A program made the position numbers and the translations under genes. The notes beneath the pieces are model-generated. The model ran no database searches, was not told where the DNA came from, and was given only the letters and a program-made list of their open reading frames with translations. DNA of 64,000 nt from an uncultured Christensenella sp. (GTDB taxonomy: Bacteria > Bacillota > Clostridia > Christensenellales > Borkfalkiaceae): the NCBI GenBank assembly GCA_964386845.1, contig CAYLUH010000005.1, forward strand, positions 5,680-69,679, written 5' to 3'. Numbering within the stretch: the stretch's first letter is position 1; every line of letters starts with the position of its first letter. Shown one piece after another: positions 57,102-64,000 of this stretch.

Positions 57102-57800
57102 ATGCGCATTTTTGAAAGAAGTGAAAATTTAATAGGGAAAGACGCCGTTAATATTTTGCATCAAAAATGCGTTTGTCTTTTCGGCGTAGGAGGCGTCGGT
57201 GGCTTTGTTGCCGAGGCGCTTATTCGTAGTGGCGTAGGACATCTCATCATCGTTGACGGCGACACCGTTAACGAAACCAACTTTAATCGCCAAATTATAG
57301 CGACAAAAGAAACGCTTAATTTAAGCAAGGTGGACGCCTTAAAAAATAGGTTGCAATCAATAAACGCCGACGCTCGTATAACGGCGATAAACACCTTTTA
57401 TTTGCCCGAAAATGCAGACGCCGTCGACTTGTCAAACGCTGATTATATTGTCGACGCCGTGGACACCGTGACGGCTAAAATAGAAATAATAAGTAGGGCG
57501 AAGAAGTTGAAAATTCCCGTCATATCGTGTATGGGTACGGGAGGTAAACTCGATATAGGTGCGCTAACTGTTAGCGATATATCAAAAACGGAAGGTTGCC
57601 CGTTGGCACGAGTTATGCGTAGAGAATTAAAAGCACGAGGCATAAAGGACGTAAAGGTTGTTTATTCCAAAGAGTCGTCAAAGGGCGCCTTAGTGGAAGA
57701 AAACGGGAAAAGAAGCCCGTCGTCAATGATATTCGTGCCGGCAACGGCGGGGCTAATCATAGCGAGAGAAGTGGTACTTGATTTAATAGGTGAAAAATGA
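57102..57800 (+). CDS. tcdA: tRNA threonylcarbamoyladenosine dehydratase (ThiF/E1-like)
   Basis: VCLFGVGGVGGFVAEALIRSGVGHLIIVDGDTVNETNFNRQ. ATG 57102 gives the usual N-terminus. The track's TTG at 57081 overlaps glyA. Confidence 0.85.
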   Translation: MRIFERSENLIGKDAVNILHQKCVCLFGVGGVGGFVAEALIRSGVGHLIIVDGDTVNETNFNRQIIATKETLNLSKVDALKNRLQSINADARITAINTFYLPENADAVDLSNADYIVDAVDTVTAKIEIISRAKKLKIPVISCMGTGGKLDIGALTVSDISKTEGCPLARVMRRELKARGIKDVKVVYSKESSKGALVEENGKRSPSSMIFVPATAGLIIAREVVLDLIGEK

Positions 57801-58333
57801 AATTTTTAATTGCAAGCGACTTGCACGGTTCAAGTCGATACTGTTCGGAAATAATAAATATTTTTCAAAAAGAGGGGGCAGACTTGCTTATTCTTTTGGG
57901 GGATATATACAATCACGGGCCGAGAAACAACTTGCCTAGCGAGTATTTGCCGATGAGAGTGTCGAGTCAATTAAACGCCGTCACAGATAAGTTAATGGTA
58001 ATAAAGGGCAATTGCGACAGCCAAGTGGACACAATGATTTCCGACTTTGATTTTTTGGATAATGCCGTTATATGCGTCGGCAATAAAAAGGTTTTTTTGA
58101 CGCACGGGCATATTTATAATAAAGACCACTTGCCGAAAACCAAATTCGACGTCATTATTTACGGACATTTCCACACCGGCTTTATAGAGAAAAAGGGCGA
58201 TATGATAATTGCCAATGCAGGCTCGCTGTCGTTACCGAAAAACAATACCAAAAACAGTTATTTAATTTTGGACGAAAATCTTTTAACGCTAAAAGATTTG
58301 GATATGCAAGTCATAAGTCAAACAGAACTGTAA
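57797..58333 (+). CDS. yfcE: YfcE-family metallophosphoesterase
   Basis: SDLHGS, GDIYNHGPRN, GNCD, THGH and GHFH motifs. Confidence 0.88.
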   Translation: MKFLIASDLHGSSRYCSEIINIFQKEGADLLILLGDIYNHGPRNNLPSEYLPMRVSSQLNAVTDKLMVIKGNCDSQVDTMISDFDFLDNAVICVGNKKVFLTHGHIYNKDHLPKTKFDVIIYGHFHTGFIEKKGDMIIANAGSLSLPKNNTKNSYLILDENLLTLKDLDMQVISQTEL

Positions 58334-58380
58334 AATATTTTATCGCTTGATTAAAAATCAATAGTATGCTAAAAAAATAA

Positions 58381-58415
58381 AGTCTGCGAGAAAGTGTTTT
58401 TCTCACAGACTTTTT
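58381..58415 (+). terminator. intrinsic terminator after yfcE
   Basis: 13-bp stem AGTCTGCGAGAAA / TTTCTCACAGACT with one mismatch, a 5-nt loop and a T-run at 58412-58415. Confidence 0.8.
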
Positions 58416-58422
58416 GCATTAA

Positions 58423-58454
58423 AAAACGCTTTTGAAAATTTTCAAAAGCGTTTT
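58423..58454. terminator. palindromic hairpin, likely terminator of rnf operon (bidirectional)
   Basis: Perfect palindrome AAAACGCTTTTGAAAA/TTTTCAAAAGCGTTTT, 16 nt beyond the rnfB stop, flanked by A and T runs. Confidence 0.8.
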
Positions 58455-58470
58455 TCCGTTTTAGTTTTAA

Positions 58471-59286
58471 TTAAATTTCTTTAATACATTTTCTCGGGCA
58501 TTTTGCCACACAAGTTTTACATCCCGTGCATTTTTTGTAATCTATTACAGGTAAATTGTTCACCATTTCTATTGCGTTTTGAGGGCAATTTTTGGCACAT
58601 AATCCACAGCCTATGCAACCTACCGAACAAGCGTTAATAACGTCTTTACCACGGCAAGTGGTGGAGCAAGCGACGTAAACCTTGCTTGATTTCGGAATAA
58701 GTTCTATAAGCGATTTTGGGCAGTTGTTTAAGCACACGCCACACGCCTCGCAAAGCGATTTGTCAACGGAAGCAACGCCGTCTTTAACGGATATTGCGTT
58801 GTAAGAGCATTTGCTTTGGCAAGTGCCACCACCCAAACAACCTTCGGGGCAAACCTTTAATCCGTTCATATACTGATTTAAAGAGGTACAGCCTTCGTTT
58901 CCCACGTAAATAAATTTATCCTTGCTGTTTTTTCCGCCGGCGCAGTGAACGACGGCAAATTTTTCTTCTTGGCAAGAAAAGGGCACGCCCATAATTTCAG
59001 CGATTTTCATTTTGCCTTCGTTTGTGGTTGGTCCACACTTGTTAAAATCTGCCTTTCCTTCCACGATGGCTTTTGCATAGTCGGCGCAACCTGCGTAACC
59101 ACAACCACCACAGTTGGCACCTGCAAGATTTTCTTCAACTTGCTTAATTCTTTCGTCTTCTTCAACGTGGCAAAGTTTAGAAACGAGCACGATTAAAAGT
59201 GCAAACAAAACAGCCAAAACGGATACGATTGCAATAACAATTCCAAAACTAGTCCAATTAATAGGCGCTAATAATAGGTAATTCAT
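58471..59286 (-). CDS. rnfB: Rnf complex subunit B (polyferredoxin)
   Basis: N-terminal TM, the CGGCGYAGCADYA cluster, and several CxxCxxCxxxCP 4Fe-4S motifs. Confidence 0.93.
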   Translation of the reverse strand: MNYLLLAPINWTSFGIVIAIVSVLAVLFALLIVLVSKLCHVEEDERIKQVEENLAGANCGGCGYAGCADYAKAIVEGKADFNKCGPTTNEGKMKIAEIMGVPFSCQEEKFAVVHCAGGKNSKDKFIYVGNEGCTSLNQYMNGLKVCPEGCLGGGTCQSKCSYNAISVKDGVASVDKSLCEACGVCLNNCPKSLIELIPKSSKVYVACSTTCRGKDVINACSVGCIGCGLCAKNCPQNAIEMVNNLPVIDYKKCTGCKTCVAKCPRKCIKEI

Positions 59287-59295
59287 TTTTCCTCC

Positions 59296-59898
59296 TTAAA
59301 CGAGCGCAAACACATAAAAAGCCATAGCCATAAAGCAAGCCGTAATCATAGCGATGGGGAAGCCTTTTAAGTGCTTGTTGATTTTTAATCTGTTAATTTT
59401 TTCACGCATACCGCTCATAATGACGATAGCGAGAGTAAAGCCTAAACCTGCAAACAAACCGTAAAGCACTGCGTATCCCAAATTCATTGAAGATATGCCG
59501 AGCATACTCATCATTTGCGCCTCGTCGATAACAAGTTCTGCAACGCCCAAAACGGCGCAGTTTGTCGTTATCAAAGGGAGGTAAATACCCATTGCCTTGT
59601 AAAGCGACGGAGAAAACTTTTTAAGCGCCATTTCAATCATTTGTACGATAGCGGCAATTACGAAAATGAAAACGATTATTTCGAGATAAGCGATGTTGCA
59701 AGGCACCAAAATATAAACGTAAATGGGGTAAGTTATGAGGCAGGTTAACGCCATAACGAAGGTTACGGCAAGCCCCATACCGAGTGCGCTCTTAAAATCT
59801 TTCGAAACGCCTAGGAAGGGACAAATACCCAAAAATTGTACGACGACGAAGTTGTTAATAAAAACGGCAAAAACAATAATCATAATTATTTCTAACAT
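59296..59898 (-). CDS. rnfA: Rnf complex subunit A
   Basis: FLGICPFLGVS.. polytopic membrane protein, 200 aa, in the rnfA position. Confidence 0.93.
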   Translation of the reverse strand: MLEIIMIIVFAVFINNFVVVQFLGICPFLGVSKDFKSALGMGLAVTFVMALTCLITYPIYVYILVPCNIAYLEIIVFIFVIAAIVQMIEMALKKFSPSLYKAMGIYLPLITTNCAVLGVAELVIDEAQMMSMLGISSMNLGYAVLYGLFAGLGFTLAIVIMSGMREKINRLKINKHLKGFPIAMITACFMAMAFYVFALV

Positions 59899-59900
59899 AA

Positions 59901-60566
59901 TTATTCAGCCTCCTTGTTTAATTGTTCGCAAAAGCAATCGTTTTCTTTCAAAGCCTTTTTTGCTTTGCTTTTTTTAGAAATTGCACTTTCAATCAAACTG
60001 AACACTGCAATAAACAAAGCGAAGGTGAAAAACGCTCCTGCGCTAGACGAGAAGAAAGCAATTTGGAAATCCCAAAGTTTGTATCCGAAAATCATTCCAC
60101 TGCCGAGTATTTCTCTGAAAGCACCCATAAGCGTCAAAGCCAATGTAAAACCTAATCCCATAAACAAGCCGTCTGCCGCAGAAGCAATCACGCCGTTTTT
60201 ACTTGCAAAACTTTCTGCTCTTGCCAAGATGATGCAGTTAACGACGATGAGTGGTAAGTAAAGCCCTAACGACGAGTAAAGGCTGGGAATAAACTTTTCC
60301 AGAACAAGTCTTACGACGGTAACGAAAGTTGCAATTATCAAGATGTATGCAGGGATACGCACTTGATTCGGGATAACTTTTCTTAGTAAAGAAATAAGCA
60401 CGTTAGAACATATCAAAACGAACGTTACTGCAAGTCCCATACCGATGCCGTTCATTGCCATGGTGGTTAAAGCCAAGGTGGGACAGGTACCCAAAACGAG
60501 TTTCAAAGTCGGGTTTTGAGCAATCAATCCGTCTTTTGCAATTTTAGAAAAATTAGTTTTTTTCAT
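59901..60566 (-). CDS. rnfE: Rnf complex subunit E
   Basis: NPTLKLVLGTCPTLALTT.. polytopic membrane protein, 221 aa. Confidence 0.93.
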   Translation of the reverse strand: MKKTNFSKIAKDGLIAQNPTLKLVLGTCPTLALTTMAMNGIGMGLAVTFVLICSNVLISLLRKVIPNQVRIPAYILIIATFVTVVRLVLEKFIPSLYSSLGLYLPLIVVNCIILARAESFASKNGVIASAADGLFMGLGFTLALTLMGAFREILGSGMIFGYKLWDFQIAFFSSSAGAFFTFALFIAVFSLIESAISKKSKAKKALKENDCFCEQLNKEAE

Positions 60567-60567
60567 A

Positions 60568-61191
60568 TTAGTTAGCCCTCCAAACGTAACTTACGACGGC
60601 GTTTACGGCGTTACAAGCGGCGTTTGCGCTCATCGATGCACCCGACACGACGTTTTTAACGTTTTCTGTGTCGCTAGAATCGGAAGTGAATAACTTGCCG
60701 TTTTTGTAATCTTCCGATAAGTCGGAAAAATTATTGTAAAATTCGCCCGTAAGTTTACTCATAAGAGTTTGTTTCGTGTTGTCTTCCAAAATGACTTTAT
60801 CGATTTCGACGGGAGCGTCCTTTTGGTACTTAACGGTAATCCATAGCGTTATCGTACCGCCCTTGTATCCGTTTTTGCCCGTCGATTGAAAAACCAAATC
60901 GTAAGAGTCGTCGTCTTTAACTTCGTCAACCTTAAATATTTTGTTAATATCTCCGTAAGGCGTGTTAATTTTATTAGCCTTACTTTCGTCCTGTCCGTCG
61001 ACGTCGACGATAATACTGTCGGCATCGAGGGTAATTTCAAAATCGTAAATTTTGTTAAGCGCTCTTGCCGTTCTTTCTTCGGGGGAGACGTAAAGCACGT
61101 TACTTAAAATTGCTAGTCCACCGCCTGCGATTAAGAATATGGTAAGCAGACACGCCGTACACTTAAACCAAGCACTTTTAAAAAATGACAT
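60568..61191 (-). CDS. rnfG: Rnf complex subunit G (FMN-binding)
   Basis: N-terminal TM anchor and a C-terminal flavinylation motif VVSGASMS. Confidence 0.9.
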   Translation of the reverse strand: MSFFKSAWFKCTACLLTIFLIAGGGLAILSNVLYVSPEERTARALNKIYDFEITLDADSIIVDVDGQDESKANKINTPYGDINKIFKVDEVKDDDSYDLVFQSTGKNGYKGGTITLWITVKYQKDAPVEIDKVILEDNTKQTLMSKLTGEFYNNFSDLSEDYKNGKLFTSDSSDTENVKNVVSGASMSANAACNAVNAVVSYVWRAN

Positions 61192-61194
61192 AAC

Positions 61195-62190
61195 TTATTT
61201 ATTTTCCTTTTTTTCTTTTTTGTGGCCAAACGGTTTTGGCAATATAAATTTATCGAACAACGGAACGAGTAAATTCATTAAGAGAATTGCAAACGACACT
61301 GTTTCCATATGCGTTGCTTGTCTTAATCCTGCCGTCAAAAGACCTAAGCAGACGAAGTAAATGTAGTTTCCGAGTTTCGTGTTGGGGGTGGTAACGTAAT
61401 CGGTTGCCATAAAGAATGAGCCGAGTATTAATCCGCCCGACAAAATCGATGGGAGAAAGTAAGCAAAATCAAATCCGTTCAAAGCGACGGTAAATAATCC
61501 TGCCGTACCGACGTAAATTAACGGCAACTTAATATCGATTACTTTAATTATGGCGAGATAAATTGCACCGACCAAAAGAGCCACTTTGCAAGTTTCTCCG
61601 ATACAGCCCGAAAGCCCCGTTCCTAAAAGTAAATCCCAGTTAGAAAGGTTAGGAAGAACGCTGTTTTCACCGACGATACCTGCAAGAGCCGTTGCGCCCG
61701 TAGATAACGTTTGACCGTTGACAGAGCCTATCGAAGGAGCCACCCACGCCGTAACCACTGCTTGAAAGGAAATGAATATAAATATTCTTCCCGTGATTGC
61801 GGGGTTTACAAGGTTTTTGCCCGTTCCGCCGAAAAGCATTTTAACGACGATTATTGCGAAAGCGCTTCCAAGTATCGGTGCGTACCAAGGATAGTTGGTG
61901 CCGATACTCATACCGATAAGTAAGCCCGTAACAACGCTGGAAAAGTCAAAACCTTTAATAATTTGTTTCAAACTTTTTTTCGTTATCAAAAGAAAAATCG
62001 CTTCCGATAAGATTGCGCTCACTACCGATAAAGATAAAAGTAGCAATGCGTATAAACCGAAGTAAACGACACCCATAATGCAAGAGGGAAGAAGAGCAAT
62101 GCAAACGTTAATCATAATCCATCTTGTCGTTCTGGGTGCTTTAACGTGAGGAGAGGACGAGAATACTAACAAGTCGTTATTTTTTTCCAT
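61195..62190 (-). CDS. rnfD: Rnf complex subunit D
   Basis: SSSPHVKAP.., polytopic membrane protein, LSTGATAL flavinylation motif. Confidence 0.93.
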   Translation of the reverse strand: MEKNNDLLVFSSSPHVKAPRTTRWIMINVCIALLPSCIMGVVYFGLYALLLLSLSVVSAILSEAIFLLITKKSLKQIIKGFDFSSVVTGLLIGMSIGTNYPWYAPILGSAFAIIVVKMLFGGTGKNLVNPAITGRIFIFISFQAVVTAWVAPSIGSVNGQTLSTGATALAGIVGENSVLPNLSNWDLLLGTGLSGCIGETCKVALLVGAIYLAIIKVIDIKLPLIYVGTAGLFTVALNGFDFAYFLPSILSGGLILGSFFMATDYVTTPNTKLGNYIYFVCLGLLTAGLRQATHMETVSFAILLMNLLVPLFDKFILPKPFGHKKEKKENK

Positions 62191-63484
62191 TTGATTTCAT
62201 CTCCTTGATTTTTGATTTTGCGTAAGTGATGTTTTGTACGAGTGGGCGTTTTGCAGGGCAGTTGAACGCACAAGAGCCACACTCTATGCAGTTCATAGCG
62301 CCGTATTTTTCTGCAAGAGCAAAATCTCCGCTCAAAGCGTACGCTTCGATGTACATAGGCATCAACCTCATCGGACAGTTTTTAGCACATACACCACAAC
62401 TAATGCAGTTAGTCGGTTCCAAAGTGCTTGTTTCTCCGTTTGTGAGAAGTAAAATTCCCGAATCGGTTTTCTTAACGAAACTGTTTATATTTGCAAGCGC
62501 TTTACCCATCATAGGCCCGCCTGCGACTATTTTAACGACGTTGTCTTTTGCTCCGCCACAGAAATCTATAATGTCCGAATAGGAAGTGCCGATAGCCACT
62601 TTAAGATTTTTAGGCGTGTTAACGCCGTAACCACTCACCGTTAAAACGGTTTCGGTAAGAGGCAAGTTGTTTTCGATTGCTTCTAGGCACGCAATAACCG
62701 TTTTGATGTTTTGCACGCAAACGCCAACGTCGAAAGGCATTTTGCCTACGGGTACTTTTCTTCCCGTCGTGCAGTAAATCAAATGCTTTTCACTACCCAT
62801 GGGGTACTGCTTTTTTAATATCACAACGTCAAGGTCGGTAAACCTTTCAAACGCTTTAATAGCCAAAGGCTTGTTTGCTTCTATGCCTAGAATGGCTTTT
62901 TCCAATCCTAGCGCCTTTTTGAGATAAACGATGCCTTTGTAAATATCGTCTGTGCGTTCAAGCATAAGCCTGTAATCGCAGTTTAGGTAAGGCTCACATT
63001 CTGCGCCGTTTATAACTAATGTGTCAAGTTGCGTTTTCGGTGAAAGTTTAACGGCTGTAGGAAATCCTGCACCACCGAGACCGACGATGCCGGCGTCTTT
63101 AATTCTTTCGACAAGCGTTTCCTTTTGAAAATCTTTAATATTGTCGAAACGGAATTCTTCCGAAGAAAAATCGTTTTCAATTTCGACGTACTTTTGTTTT
63201 TGTCCAAGCCCGTTAACAAGTTCGGTAACGTTTGTTACGACGCCCGATACGGAAGCGTGAACGTTTGCCGATATAGCGCCGTTTTGTTGACCGATGAGTT
63301 GACCTTTTTTGACCTTGTCGCCGACGCTAACAACCGGTGTAGCCGGTGCACCGATGTGTTGCGACAAACAAATCGACACCTTTTTAGGCGCAGGCATAAC
63401 CTCTATTTTTTGCTCGCTCGATAGACTTTTCATATCGGGCACGTGGATACCGTAAGGATATCTTTTACCTTTTCTTATGCTCAA
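62177..63484 (-). CDS. rnfC: Rnf complex subunit C
   Basis: GIHVP..LSQHIGAP, the GLGGAGFPT NADH/FMN site, and two CxxCxxCxxxCP clusters. A GGAGG SD is visible (reverse complement of 63490-63494). Confidence 0.95.
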   Translation of the reverse strand: MSIRKGKRYPYGIHVPDMKSLSSEQKIEVMPAPKKVSICLSQHIGAPATPVVSVGDKVKKGQLIGQQNGAISANVHASVSGVVTNVTELVNGLGQKQKYVEIENDFSSEEFRFDNIKDFQKETLVERIKDAGIVGLGGAGFPTAVKLSPKTQLDTLVINGAECEPYLNCDYRLMLERTDDIYKGIVYLKKALGLEKAILGIEANKPLAIKAFERFTDLDVVILKKQYPMGSEKHLIYCTTGRKVPVGKMPFDVGVCVQNIKTVIACLEAIENNLPLTETVLTVSGYGVNTPKNLKVAIGTSYSDIIDFCGGAKDNVVKIVAGGPMMGKALANINSFVKKTDSGILLLTNGETSTLEPTNCISCGVCAKNCPMRLMPMYIEAYALSGDFALAEKYGAMNCIECGSCAFNCPAKRPLVQNITYAKSKIKEMKSNGKK

Positions 63485-63499
63485 AATTAACCTCCGAGA

Positions 63500-64000
63500 T
63501 TATTCGTTAATATTTTTAATAAAGAATTTTTTTGGCAGATATTTAGTAAGTAAAAAAACTGCCAACCCGATTATCGCTCCACTCACGATGCCGATTAAAG
63601 CAAGGTAGGGAAGATAAACGAAAAATTCAAAAGTTTTCGTAATTAAACAGTAAACGGTGTTTTGCACGCACAACGACACGACGCTACCGAGAATACTTAT
63701 AGACAAAATGCTAAATTTATCAGACTTAATAAGTAGCATTTCCAACGCAATGGAAACAATGCCCGACGGCAAACTGTAAAGTATGACGGAAAAGTTTCCC
63801 GAAAAGAGACTACCCAAAAGTATTTTAATCAAAAGTGCGATAAATGAATAGCCGTATCCACAAGTAAAAACCGTCATTAAAACGAACACGTTCGATATGC
63901 CCATTTTTGCGCCGGGAATAAATAGCGGAGGAAAAAGGTTCTCAAGTAAAAAAGATATTAAAGAGAGGGCAGTCATTACAGAGGTTATCGCAATTTTTTT
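63500..64000 (-). CDS. Gx transporter family protein (PF07456, 'heptaprenyl diphosphate synthase component I'-like), 5' end probably just outside window
   Basis: TALSLISFLLENLFPPLFIPGAKMGISNVFVLM is the family signature. The minus-strand frame stays open to the window edge (..KKIAITSV-MTAL..). Confidence 0.75.
   Translation of the reverse strand, partial: KKIAITSVMTALSLISFLLENLFPPLFIPGAKMGISNVFVLMTVFTCGYGYSFIALLIKILLGSLFSGNFSVILYSLPSGIVSIALEMLLIKSDKFSILSISILGSVVSLCVQNTVYCLITKTFEFFVYLPYLALIGIVSGAIIGLAVFLLTKYLPKKFFIKNINE

Overview
The window looks like a dense (about 90% or more coding) core-genome segment of a low-GC Firmicute, probably a Clostridia-class anaerobe: it has rnfCDGEAB, ldh, spoVG and Bacillus-type gene neighbourhoods. 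I call about 70 protein genes, almost all housekeeping. They cover replication (DnaD-domain protein, replicative helicase, topA, dprA, comM, smc), translation and ribosome biogenesis (rpsP-khpA-rimM-trmD-rbgA, rplS, hisS, tsaC, tcdA, trmFO, hpf) and protein targeting (lepB, ftsY-ylxM-ffh). They also cover proteostasis (mcsA-mcsB-clpC, ywlE, hslVU, hslO), DAP/lysine synthesis (asd-dapA-dapB), cell envelope and division (murC, galU, sepF, plsX) and energy metabolism (ldh, Rnf). I found no rRNA, tRNA, CRISPR array, transposase, integrase, phage gene or recognisable defence system, and no compelling multi-gene novel system. The best leads are local oddities. (1) The replicative helicase has a 55-aa acidic C-terminal tail with two SSB-tip-like DLPF/DLPY motifs. 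(2) A phospho-arginine kinase, phosphatase and ClpC set lies in one co-directional array with no CtsR and a one-finger McsA. (3) An RseC-family membrane protein is translationally coupled to a thioredoxin with an atypical WCKVC site, detached from the nearby rnf operon. (4) Several blocks of unknown function sit in conserved-looking operon contexts. All functional calls come from motif and family recognition by eye on the supplied translations; no database search was run. Promoter and terminator calls are manual pattern matches.
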